Part shown: piece by piece, positions 10,730-19,521 of the stretch | How positions within the stretch are numbered: position 1 is the stretch's first letter | Layout: every line of letters begins with the position of its first letter | NCBI GenBank assembly: GCA_903938575.1 | Contig: CAJADV010000404.1 | Span: forward strand, 1-44,045 | From: an uncultured Gammaproteobacteria bacterium | Lineage (GTDB): Bacteria; Pseudomonadota; Gammaproteobacteria; Pseudomonadales; UBA5518 | Direction: 5' to 3' | DNA length: 44,045 nt | Program-made: the position numbers and the translations under genes | Notes under the pieces: generated by a model | Seen by the model: the letters and a program-made list of their open reading frames with translations, nothing else | What the model was told of the DNA's origin: nothing | The model's database searches: none

Positions 10730-11262
10730 GGGTGGAAGACCTCCAGTCCCTGCTCGATCGCGAGGCTATCCGCCAGCTCGTGCATGCCTATTGCCGCGCT
10801 ATAGACCGGCGCGATTTTGCGCTGCTGCGGACGCTCTATCATCCCGATGCGATGGATGATCACACGCCGTATTTCTGTGGCCGGGCAGCAGAGTTCATCG
10901 ATCAGCTGCCGGCGATCATGGCGGTCAACCGGATCACATCGCACCAGGTCACCAACCTGCTGGTCGCCCTCGACAGCGACTGCGACCGCGCCGAGGGCGA
11001 GGTGGGCATACTTGCCTATCACCTCATGGATACCCCCGAGGGGCCGGTGGATTTTCTCGTGGGTGGACGCTACCTCGACCACTACTTGCGCACCGAGGGG
11101 CGCTGGCAGTTCATGCGCCGCAAGATCGTGCTTGACTGGAGTGATCGCAAGCCCAGTGGTTTCTCCCCCGACATCGCCCGCCAGCATGGTGCGGTGCTCG
11201 GGGCGGCAGGTCCCGATGATCCCTCCTATGGCTGTCTGAGTCTTTTTCCGCGTGGCGTCTGA
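10726..11262 (+). CDS. NTF2/SnoaL-like (LinA/BaiE-type) protein
   Basis: ATGA overlap with the mscK stop; DREAIRQLVHAYCRAIDRRD and GGRYLDHYLR..GRWQF motifs. Confidence 0.85.
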   Translation: MRVEDLQSLLDREAIRQLVHAYCRAIDRRDFALLRTLYHPDAMDDHTPYFCGRAAEFIDQLPAIMAVNRITSHQVTNLLVALDSDCDRAEGEVGILAYHLMDTPEGPVDFLVGGRYLDHYLRTEGRWQFMRRKIVLDWSDRKPSGFSPDIARQHGAVLGAAGPDDPSYGCLSLFPRGV

Positions 11263-12304
11263 GCGCGGCGGCTCAAGCGGTGCACCGCCAGCCGACACCA
11301 TCGTGGTTTTGTGCCGGTCGGGTTTCGAAGCGGAGTGCATAGCCGAACTGGGTTCGTCGTCCGCGAGCGGCGCCGTGTCCGGTGGCGGTTTCGTGAGTAT
11401 CCCCGCAGAGCCGCGCTCGGGCGATGAGGCAGCCCTTCGTTTGCCGCGGTTTCGTGGCCTGGCCTTTGCGCGCGACCGGTTTCTGGGGCGTGCTTTCCGG
11501 ATTGCGGACCCTTCTGACCGCATCAGCCCGCTGCTTTCACTCGCAAGGGAGTTCGGCCCGATCGGCACCGTGTGGCTGCAGCACGCAGATACCGAGGACG
11601 GACGCTCGGTGGGGCGTCTGTGCCAGCGGCTGCAGGCCCGCTTCGAGGGCGGATTAGGCAAGGCAGGGTTGCTGCGCGCTGCCTCGCCGAGGCGTCTGCA
11701 TGTCCTGTTTCTGGACGGCACGCACGGGTTCATAGGCGTGTCGGATGCGCGCAATGGGGCGCGCTGGTCGATGGGCATCCCGCGCCTGCGTCTGGCCGGT
11801 GCGCCGAGTCGTTCGGCCTCCAAGCTCGAGGAGGGGCTGCTGTGGTTTCTCGGCGATGACCCCAAGGGGCTGCTCGCGCCGGGGATGAGCGCAGTGGATC
11901 TGGGCGCCGCACCGGGTGGATGGACCTGGGTGCTTGCCCGGCGCGGCTTGCGCGTCTCGGCCGTGGATCATGGCCGCCTGTCGGCGGCGGCGCTGGATGC
12001 CGGGTTGGTCAACTACGTGAGCGCAGACGCCTTCACCTACCGGCCCCAGCGCCCGGTCGACTGGATGGTCTGCGATGTGGTCGACAAGCCAGCGCGCACC
12101 GCCGCGTTGGTGCAGCGGTGGCTGCAGCAGCGGTGGTGCCGCCGCACGGTATTCAATCTGAAACTCCCGATGAAGCAGCGGCACGCCGAACTGCAGCGCA
12201 TCCTCGCACGCTTGTTGCAGGATCTGGGGCCTGGCCTGCGACTGGAGGCGCGCCAGCTCTACCATGACCGCGAGGAAGTCACGGTTTTCGCCACGCTGGG
12301 CTGA
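11252..12304 (+). CDS. rlmM: 23S rRNA (cytidine2498-2'-O)-methyltransferase RlmM
   Basis: CRSGFEAEC, APSRSASKLEE, AVDLGAAPGGWT, DWMVCDVVDKP, FNLKLPMK and QLYHDREEVT motifs. Confidence 0.92.
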   Translation: MASERGGSSGAPPADTIVVLCRSGFEAECIAELGSSSASGAVSGGGFVSIPAEPRSGDEAALRLPRFRGLAFARDRFLGRAFRIADPSDRISPLLSLAREFGPIGTVWLQHADTEDGRSVGRLCQRLQARFEGGLGKAGLLRAASPRRLHVLFLDGTHGFIGVSDARNGARWSMGIPRLRLAGAPSRSASKLEEGLLWFLGDDPKGLLAPGMSAVDLGAAPGGWTWVLARRGLRVSAVDHGRLSAAALDAGLVNYVSADAFTYRPQRPVDWMVCDVVDKPARTAALVQRWLQQRWCRRTVFNLKLPMKQRHAELQRILARLLQDLGPGLRLEARQLYHDREEVTVFATLG

Positions 12305-12374
12305 TGCGCGTTGCGCCACTGCGCCGGCCTCGGGGATACTGCGGACCCCGAAATTCTCCCTGAGGCAAGCTTCG

Positions 12375-12857
12375 ATGAGCATCGTCCGCGACAGCGTGGT
12401 CCGTTTCCACTACCGCCTGAGCAACGAGGATGGCGTGGAGATCGAGAACTCGCACGAGAACGAGCCAGTTACCTACCTGCACGGCCAGGGGAGCATCCTG
12501 CCGGCGCTCGAGCAACTGCTCGAGGGACGCGGGCCGGGCGACACGTTCTCGGCGCTGCTCTGCGCAGCGGACGCCTATGGTGAGCGTGATGAGACGGCAG
12601 TCATGCGCATCCCGCTGAAAAACCTTGTGCATCGCGGCAAACTCGAGCCGGGGATGATCGCCGGTGTCCAGACCAACCACGGTATGCGCCAGGTGCGCGT
12701 GCTGAAGGTCGGCAAGTTCAACGCCGATGTCGACGCCAACCACCCGCTAGCCGGCCAGGCGCTTGGCTTCGCCATCGAGGTCCTCGATGTGCGCGAGGCC
12801 ACGGAGGAGGAGATCTCCCACGGTCATGTGCACGGCGATGGTGGCCACCACCACTGA
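12375..12857 (+). CDS. slyD: FKBP-type peptidyl-prolyl isomerase, SlyD-like
   Basis: VRFHYRL, YLHGQGSI, AYGERD and VDANHPLAG motifs; His-rich tail HGHVHGDGGHHH. Confidence 0.9.
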   Translation: MSIVRDSVVRFHYRLSNEDGVEIENSHENEPVTYLHGQGSILPALEQLLEGRGPGDTFSALLCAADAYGERDETAVMRIPLKNLVHRGKLEPGMIAGVQTNHGMRQVRVLKVGKFNADVDANHPLAGQALGFAIEVLDVREATEEEISHGHVHGDGGHHH

Positions 12858-12884
12858 GGGCGCTCCTGCGGGCTTGCCTTCCGA

Positions 12885-14051
12885 TCAGGCGGACGTTCGG
12901 CTCCGCCGCCGTTTCGGCGGCGCTGAGACCAGCAGTGCGGCCCGCATCGCCCATTGCCCGAAGCGCGCCATCCGGGTGAAGGCGTTGCGGTCAATGGGCA
13001 GGTTCTGCTTGTCCGTCTCGGTCTCTTCGCGGTCGCGCTTTATTTCGGGGTCGTGAATGTAGACGAAGTCCTTGTCGATCGCGGCAACCACGACCCAGTG
13101 GGGCGCCTTCTCCTGAGTAAGTTGCCATGAGCTGATCAGCACCACGGGCACCTTTTGCGCGGCGAGCGCGCGCTCCATGGCCGTCACCGTGAGCGGGCGG
13201 TGATCCACGGGTATCCGGGCCGCCTCCACCTGCTGGCGATAGTCTTCGTGGACCACGCCCAGCACCTGCTTTTTGCGCTCGTCACGCACCCCGTCCAGGA
13301 ACAGGACGCCGTCGTCATTAAGAAAAATTTCTACGCCGAATCCGCGGTGGTGGGCCGCGAGTGCAAGGCCCTGCGGGCCGCAGCCGCCATGGCCGGAGGT
13401 CATGTAGATAGTTGTGGCCTCGCGCCAGATTCGCAACTCCTCGCGCTGGTCGGCGGGAAGCGGCCCGCCCACTGCGTTCATCGCCATCATCAGACACGCC
13501 GGGCCGCAGGTGAACGGGGTGGTCTGGCTGTAGTACGGAATGAAGAAATCGGAGCGGCTGCCGGCGTAGAAGCGGATGCGTTTCTCGAGTCGCAGGGCTT
13601 CGGCGCCATCCTCGTAGTAGTCGGGTATGGCATCGAACACCCGGTAGCCGAGGCGTCGGTAAAGCCGGATCGCCGTCTCGTTGTCGCGGCGCACCTCGAG
13701 ACGCACGTAGGCGGAGCCTGCGCTGCGCACGGCACCTTCGCCGGCGCGGATCAACTGCTCGGCAAGACCTCGCCCACGACTCGCCGGGTCGACGCAGATC
13801 GAGTAGATGCGGGCGAGGCGCGTACCCTGGCGCCGCAGCAGAAGGATGTAGCCCAGAACCGCACGGTCTTCGACTACCAACAGATGATCGTTGCTGCCCT
13901 GGAGGAAGCGGCGAAAGCTGCGGCGACTGATGCGGTCGGTCTGGAAGGCCTGCTCTTCCAGGCGGACGAGCGCGTCCAGATCCTGCAGGCCGGCGGCCCG
14001 GATCAGGGTGCTGGCGACGGATCTGCTTTCAAGGCCGTCCGCGGGTTCCAT
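12885..14051 (-). CDS. RimI-like GNAT acetyltransferase fused to a peptidase C39-like (DUF3335) domain
   Basis: GNAT: RIYSICVDPASRGRGLA, LEVRRDNETAIRLYRRLGY; C39-like: YSQTTPFTCGPACL, PHWVVV, IHDP. Confidence 0.88.
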   Translation of the reverse strand: MEPADGLESRSVASTLIRAAGLQDLDALVRLEEQAFQTDRISRRSFRRFLQGSNDHLLVVEDRAVLGYILLLRRQGTRLARIYSICVDPASRGRGLAEQLIRAGEGAVRSAGSAYVRLEVRRDNETAIRLYRRLGYRVFDAIPDYYEDGAEALRLEKRIRFYAGSRSDFFIPYYSQTTPFTCGPACLMMAMNAVGGPLPADQREELRIWREATTIYMTSGHGGCGPQGLALAAHHRGFGVEIFLNDDGVLFLDGVRDERKKQVLGVVHEDYRQQVEAARIPVDHRPLTVTAMERALAAQKVPVVLISSWQLTQEKAPHWVVVAAIDKDFVYIHDPEIKRDREETETDKQNLPIDRNAFTRMARFGQWAMRAALLVSAPPKRRRSRTSA

Positions 14052-14161
14052 GTCCGGAGTGTAGCCGGGATCACCCGCGGGCGGGTCGGCGCCTGGTGTC
14101 GCGAATCCTTGCCTCTGCTACCATCCGGGTCTCAAACCGTGGCGAGGCGCAGGGCGGTCAG

Positions 14162-15643
14162 GTGCTCAAAATCGTGGTGGATGATCCCTCGGACTGGAGT
14201 CCGTTCTACCCGAGCGAACACGTCATTTCTTTCGCCGATTACCTGACCCTGCCCGAGGACAGCTTCCGCCAGCCCTTGCGGGTGATCAATCTCTGCAAGA
14301 GCGAACGCTACCTGTCCCGGGGTTACTACTGCTCGCTGCTTGCCGAGGCGCGGGGTCACCGGGTTCTCCCTGGCGTGGCGACGCTGAACATCCTGCGCAA
14401 CCGCAAGCTCTTCCTGCTTGAATTCGACGACCTCGAGGAGCGCATTGACGAACTCCTGCGCGAGCACCCGCTGGCCAAAGGCGAGGAGTTCAAGGTCCTG
14501 AGCTACTTCGGGCGTGTGAAGGAACAGGCCCTGTCGCCGCTGGCGCGAGATCTCTTCGAGCGATTCGCCTGCCCGATTCTCGCGATCGAGTTTCGCAAGC
14601 GGGCGCGCTGGGAAATCGGCTCGCTGGAGCCGCTTGCGCCCTCGCAGCTCGATCCCGAGCAGCAGACGGTGTTCGCCGAGGCGCTCGAGCGCTACAGCCG
14701 GGCGGTGTGGCGCCGGCCGCGTGAGCGCACGCGCTACCGGTATGACATGGCGATCCTCGTCGACCCGGAAGACCCGCTGCCGCCCAGCAACCCGCGTGCG
14801 CTCAAGTACTTCATGAAAGCGGGCATGAAGCTCGGTATCGCGGTGAATCTCATCAAGCGCACGGATTTCGGCCGGCTCCAGGAGTACGACGCGCTCTTCA
14901 TCCGCGCGACCACGGCCATCGACCACTTCACTTACCGCTTTGCGCAGAAGGCGGAGTCCGAGGGCATGGTTGTCATCGATGATCCCACCTCGATCCTGCG
15001 CTGCACCAACAAGGTGTTTCTCGCCGACCTGCTCAAAAGGCGCAAAGTGCCGCAGCCCGACACGCGTATTCTGATCCGTCAGCCGCAGGAAAAGCTGATG
15101 GCCTCCCTCGCCGGACTCGGCTTTCCGCTCGTCCTGAAAATCCCCGACGGCTCGTTTTCCAAGGGCGTGGTGAAGGTCTCCACCGAGGACGAGCTGATCG
15201 AGACCCTGCGGGATCTGTTCCGCAAGTCCGCGCTGGTGCTGGCGCAGGAATATCTCTACACGGATTACGACTGGCGCATCGGGGTGCTGAATAACCGGGC
15301 GATCTATGCCTGCAAGTACTTCATGGTGCGTGACCACTGGCAGATCTACCGCTACGGCGGATCGGGCGGGGTGGATAGCGGGCACTTCCAGACGATGCCG
15401 ACGCACGAGGCGCCCCGGGCGGTGATCGAGGCGGCACTGCGCGCGACTCGCACCATCGGCAACGGCCTTTACGGGGTCGATATAAAACAAAGTGGCGAGC
15501 GGGTCGCGGTGATCGAGGTTAACGATAACCCCAGCATCGAGGCCGGCGTGGAGGATGAATACCTCGGCGTTGACCTCTACTACCTGATCATGGAGGATTT
15601 CTTGCGCCGGCTCGACGAGCAGCGCGCCAACCGCCCGCGTTGA
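14162..15643 (+). CDS. RimK-family ATP-grasp ligase with N-terminal RLAN domain
   Basis: RLAN: VINLCKSERYLSRGYYCSLLAEARGH; ATP-grasp: LVLKIPDGSFSKGV, AQEYL, YGVDIKQ, IEVNDNPSI. Confidence 0.9.
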   Translation: MLKIVVDDPSDWSPFYPSEHVISFADYLTLPEDSFRQPLRVINLCKSERYLSRGYYCSLLAEARGHRVLPGVATLNILRNRKLFLLEFDDLEERIDELLREHPLAKGEEFKVLSYFGRVKEQALSPLARDLFERFACPILAIEFRKRARWEIGSLEPLAPSQLDPEQQTVFAEALERYSRAVWRRPRERTRYRYDMAILVDPEDPLPPSNPRALKYFMKAGMKLGIAVNLIKRTDFGRLQEYDALFIRATTAIDHFTYRFAQKAESEGMVVIDDPTSILRCTNKVFLADLLKRRKVPQPDTRILIRQPQEKLMASLAGLGFPLVLKIPDGSFSKGVVKVSTEDELIETLRDLFRKSALVLAQEYLYTDYDWRIGVLNNRAIYACKYFMVRDHWQIYRYGGSGGVDSGHFQTMPTHEAPRAVIEAALRATRTIGNGLYGVDIKQSGERVAVIEVNDNPSIEAGVEDEYLGVDLYYLIMEDFLRRLDEQRANRPR

Positions 15644-15705
15644 TGTCTTCGAAGTGTGCTCCGCGTGGGAGCACGCCCCCAATAATTAATTTCAGGAGCT
15701 CGATC

Positions 15706-17820
15706 ATGCATACGTGGCAGTTTTCTCTCGCTGGTGGTTTCTCGCAGGTGACGCTGGATCGCGGCGTCGATTTTGCCGCGCTGGCCGGTCTTGATCAGAA
15801 GCTCTGGGTCGCTCTGGCCTGCCCGGTTGAGGGGGTGGAGTTCGACCCGCACACACTCGCCCTTCTCGATGGCGATGGCGACGGGCGTATCCGCGCCCCG
15901 GAATTGCTGGCGGCGATCGAGTGGACACTCGCGCGCCTCAGCTCGCCGGACGAGCTTCTGGCGGGCTCTCCGGCGCTGCCGCTCGCTGCGATAGACACCA
16001 CACAGCCGGCCGGGGCAACGCTGGAGGCGGCGGCACGTCGCGTACTGCGGGAGATGGGCCGAGAGGGCGATTCGGCTCTTGACCTCGACAGTGCTCTAGG
16101 CGCGGCCGAGCTGCTTGCCGGCAAGCCCTTGAATGGTGACGGCGTCGTCATGCCGGCCTCGACCGGGGATGTGGCGTTGCAAGCGCTCATCGAAACCGCG
16201 ATCGCCGCTGGCTTCGGCACGATTGATCGCAGCGGTGAGCCGGGTCTGGCTGCCGACGGACTCGGCGCCTTCCAGACCGCCGCCGAGGCCGTGTTGGCGT
16301 GGCGTGCTGCGGCCACTCCCGAGCCTGCCGCCAGCGCTGCTGCTGTGGCTGCGGTCGATGCAGTGGGAGCCAGGGTCGACGATTTTTTTGCGCGTTGCGC
16401 ACTGGCGCGGTTCGATGCCCGCGCCGAGGCTGCACTCAACCGGGAAGAGGGCGCATGGCTCGCGCTCGCGGCGCGTGACCTCAGCATCGATACCGACGAG
16501 ATCCGCAGCTTCCCGCTGGCACGGGTCACAGCTGGCGGCGATCTGCCGCTCACGGGCTCGCTGAACCCCGCCTGGGCAGGCGCCGTCGCCACCCTCGCCA
16601 GCGACGCGATAACGCCGCTCCTGGGCGCTCGTGCGAGTCTTGCCGAAGCCGACTGGCGCAGCCTTCTCGCACAACTGGAGGCCTACCGTACATGGTCCGC
16701 GGGCAACCCCTACCCGGCGCTCGACGGGGCGAGCGATGCCGATCTGCAGTCCGCGGTGACTGCTTCGCAGCGGGCGGCGATGGACCTGCTCATCGCGGCG
16801 GATCTCGAACTTGCGCCTGCTTACGATGCCCTCACGGATCTGGTACGACTGATCCGGTTGCGCCGCGATCTGGCGGGCTTCTGCCGCAATTTCGTCAATT
16901 TCCAGGATTTCTACGGCGCTGAGACGGCGGCCAGTTTCCAGTGCGGAACACTTTTCATCGACCAGCGCAGTTGCAGCCTGTGCCTGCGCGTGGCGGATGC
17001 CGGCAAGCATGTGGCGCTGGCGGGCCTTGCCGGCGCCTACCTCGCTTACTGCAACCTCAGCCGTCCCGGAGGCGAGAGCATGCAGATCGTGGCAGCCGTC
17101 ACCGACGGCGATGCCGAGAACCTGCTGGTCGGTCGCAACGGGATTTTCTATGACCGCGCCGGACGCGATTGGGATGCCACCATCACGCGTATCGTCGACA
17201 ACCCCATCAGCGTGCGTCAGGCCTTCTGGAATCCCTACAGGAAGGTCGCCCGCTTCATCGAGGAGCAGGTGGCCAAGCGTGCGGCCTCTGCCGACTCTGC
17301 AGCGGCCGACAAGTTGCAAACCACCGTGGTGACGCTGCCTGCCGAGGCAGCGGCGCCGCCGGCAGTCGGTGCTCCACCGCCACCAGCGCGTCGCATCGAT
17401 GTCGGCACCGTTGCGGCTCTCGGCGTTGCGCTGGGGTCGATTGGTACAGCCTTCGGTTACTTTCTGAAAACCATCGCCGACATCAAGGCCTGGCAGTTCC
17501 CGCTTGCGATTGCCGGCATCCTGCTCGCGATCTCGGGACCGGCGATGATCCTGGCATGGTTGAAGCTGCGCCGGCGCAATATCGCGCCGCTGCTGGATGC
17601 CAGCGGCTGGGCCGTGAACGGGCGGGCTCTGGTGAACGTGCCCTTTGGCGCGACCTTGACGACGCTGGCCACGCTGCCCGTGGGTGCCAGCCTTGGTGGG
17701 GACAAATACGCGGTAAAGGGATCGTCTTCGGGACGACTTGCAGTGCTGATTTTTATCGTCTGGTGGGGGTATGCCTTCCTGAGCGATCAGGGTTATCTGC
17801 AGGCCTTGCTCGCGCGCTGA
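15706..17820 (+). CDS. Large hypothetical protein with an EF-hand-like loop and C-terminal TM helices
   Basis: AGGAG RBS; DGDGDGRIRAPE fits the EF-hand loop pattern; hydrophobic segments GTVAALGVALG, PLAIAGILLAISGPAMILAWL and LAVLIFIVWWG. Confidence 0.8.
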   Translation: MHTWQFSLAGGFSQVTLDRGVDFAALAGLDQKLWVALACPVEGVEFDPHTLALLDGDGDGRIRAPELLAAIEWTLARLSSPDELLAGSPALPLAAIDTTQPAGATLEAAARRVLREMGREGDSALDLDSALGAAELLAGKPLNGDGVVMPASTGDVALQALIETAIAAGFGTIDRSGEPGLAADGLGAFQTAAEAVLAWRAAATPEPAASAAAVAAVDAVGARVDDFFARCALARFDARAEAALNREEGAWLALAARDLSIDTDEIRSFPLARVTAGGDLPLTGSLNPAWAGAVATLASDAITPLLGARASLAEADWRSLLAQLEAYRTWSAGNPYPALDGASDADLQSAVTASQRAAMDLLIAADLELAPAYDALTDLVRLIRLRRDLAGFCRNFVNFQDFYGAETAASFQCGTLFIDQRSCSLCLRVADAGKHVALAGLAGAYLAYCNLSRPGGESMQIVAAVTDGDAENLLVGRNGIFYDRAGRDWDATITRIVDNPISVRQAFWNPYRKVARFIEEQVAKRAASADSAAADKLQTTVVTLPAEAAAPPAVGAPPPPARRIDVGTVAALGVALGSIGTAFGYFLKTIADIKAWQFPLAIAGILLAISGPAMILAWLKLRRRNIAPLLDASGWAVNGRALVNVPFGATLTTLATLPVGASLGGDKYAVKGSSSGRLAVLIFIVWWGYAFLSDQGYLQALLAR

Positions 17821-17870
17821 ATGCCACCCGCGCCTTGTCTGGTGAGCGTCAGTATTCTCGGGTTGCGGCT

Positions 17871-18797
17871 ATGAGGGAGCAGAAGGTGTTTCGACAATGC
17901 GTCTGCGGTGTAGCCGTCTTGCTGCCGCTTTGCGTCGCGCCGGGCCTTGCCCGGGCGAGCGTGTTCGCGGATCTCGATGTGCAGGCAAGCCGCGATGACA
18001 ACGTAGGCCGTGCCGCAAAAAGCGGCGATGTGCGCAATGACGCGTCCGTGCAGGTGGCGGGGCGGGTGGGCGGCGCGGTGGAGCTGGCTACGGGAACCGC
18101 TTTTTCTGTGGCGGTGCTCGCGCGCGCCGTCGAGTTCCAGCGCTTCTCCGATTTGAGCGAAACGGCAGCCGGCTTGTCGGCATCACTGAGGCACAAATTC
18201 GGCCTGGGCCCCGAAGCACCATGGATGAGCCTCGTGATCGATGGCGAGCGCATCGATTCGGACAGTTATATCCGTGACGGCTCACGCTACGGCGTCACGC
18301 TCCGCGCCGGAAAACGGATCGGGGAGCGCTGGAGCCTCTCGGCGGCGCTGCGTGAGGATCTGCGGGAGGGTGATGAGGACGATCAGAATCTTCCGCCCAA
18401 CCGCCCCACGTTCCCCGGTGTTGTGGGCAGCCGCCGGGGCGATGTCTTCGATTTCGAGGGCACAGAACTCGAGCTGTCAGCCGACTATCTGCTGGACAAT
18501 GGCTTACTGATGCTCGGTTCGTACCGGCTGCGTGACGGCGATGTCGTGTCTTCAGGACGTCCCAATGCCGATATCGTGGGTGCTGCGAAAGCCATCACGG
18601 CGGACGCGGCATTCGGGCCGGGTCGGTCTGCCTACCGCCTCGATGCGCTCACTCACACGGTGGTTCTCGGTCTCAATTATCCGCTGGCTGACACCACTGC
18701 TCTCGAGCTTGACTGGGAGTACCAGCTGAGCGATGCCGATGGCGGCATACGCTACGACAAGAACGTGCTGCGGCTGCGCTTCATGTGGAGTTATTGA
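17871..18797 (+). CDS. Putative outer-membrane beta-barrel protein
   Basis: Signal peptide ending ARA; DDNV motif near the mature N-terminus; alternating amphipathic strands; C-terminal beta-signal LRLRFMWSY. Confidence 0.75.
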   Translation: MREQKVFRQCVCGVAVLLPLCVAPGLARASVFADLDVQASRDDNVGRAAKSGDVRNDASVQVAGRVGGAVELATGTAFSVAVLARAVEFQRFSDLSETAAGLSASLRHKFGLGPEAPWMSLVIDGERIDSDSYIRDGSRYGVTLRAGKRIGERWSLSAALREDLREGDEDDQNLPPNRPTFPGVVGSRRGDVFDFEGTELELSADYLLDNGLLMLGSYRLRDGDVVSSGRPNADIVGAAKAITADAAFGPGRSAYRLDALTHTVVLGLNYPLADTTALELDWEYQLSDADGGIRYDKNVLRLRFMWSY

Positions 18798-18802
18798 TCG
18801 CC

Positions 18803-19480
18803 ATGACAGGCCTGCCGCCGGTGAGGGCTTGGGTTGCATCGCTGTGTGTTCTGGCAGTGCTGCAAGGGCAGTCCACTGATGTGCACGCTGCGTCATTGTC
18901 AGTGTTGGCGAGCGATCCTGCGGGCAAGCCGGTCGAGGGGGCGGTGGTGTTTCTGGAGGCCACAGGCGACCAGGCCACGCCGGCGTTGCCACAGTCAAAG
19001 TTGGTGATGGACCAGATCGACAAACGCTTCGTGCCACGGGTTCTGGTGGTCCCCGTTGGTGCTCTGGTGAGTTTTCCGAACAGCGACAATATCCGTCATC
19101 ACGTCTACTCCTTTTCGGATGCCTTGCGTTTCGAACTGCCGCTTTATGCGGGCACGCCCGCGGAACCGGTGCGGTTTCCCCAGGCTGGCGTGGTGACGCT
19201 TGGCTGCAACATCCACGACTGGATGCGCGGTTATCTTGTGGTAGTGCCCACGGCGTTGTTCGCGCTTACGGGCGCCGATGGCATCGCACGCATCGAGGCG
19301 GTGCCGGCGGGCCCTTGGCGCGTGATGGGGTGGCACCCCGATGTCGCAGACCAGAGCCCCGCAATGGGGCCCGAGCTCATATCCGCGGATGCGGCTATGA
19401 CCGCCGCAGTGACCCTCGAACTCAAGCGCAAGCTGCAAATCCGCCGCGCGCCTGCCGCGCGCGCTGCCGACCGGTACTGA
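18803..19480 (+). CDS. Exported cupredoxin-domain protein (family often labelled 'methylamine utilization protein')
   Basis: Signal peptide; FPNSDNIRHHVYSFS and GCNIHDWMRGY give a His...Cys-x2-His-x2-Met type-1 copper ligand set. Confidence 0.85.
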   Translation: MTGLPPVRAWVASLCVLAVLQGQSTDVHAASLSVLASDPAGKPVEGAVVFLEATGDQATPALPQSKLVMDQIDKRFVPRVLVVPVGALVSFPNSDNIRHHVYSFSDALRFELPLYAGTPAEPVRFPQAGVVTLGCNIHDWMRGYLVVVPTALFALTGADGIARIEAVPAGPWRVMGWHPDVADQSPAMGPELISADAAMTAAVTLELKRKLQIRRAPAARAADRY

Positions 19481-19521
19481 GCCTGAAACCCTCGCGTGGT
19501 TTTCGGAGTTTCCGCAACCGC

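Noticed and set aside
10654-11865. 403-aa minus-strand ORF (also 13155-14246 +, 16096-17319 -, 27594-28559 +, 42862-43707 -)
   Set aside because: Each lies antisense to a well-supported gene and has no recognisable domain
14132-15682. 516-aa minus-strand ORF
   Set aside because: Antisense shadow of the RimK gene; no motifs, expected in high-GC DNA
17169-17870. N-terminal extension of the 542-aa ORF
   Set aside because: Overlaps the EF-hand gene in another frame; the signal peptide starts at ATG 17871
18803-19480. Methylamine utilisation pathway
   Set aside because: No methylamine dehydrogenase or other mau genes in the window; only a cupredoxin motif is supported
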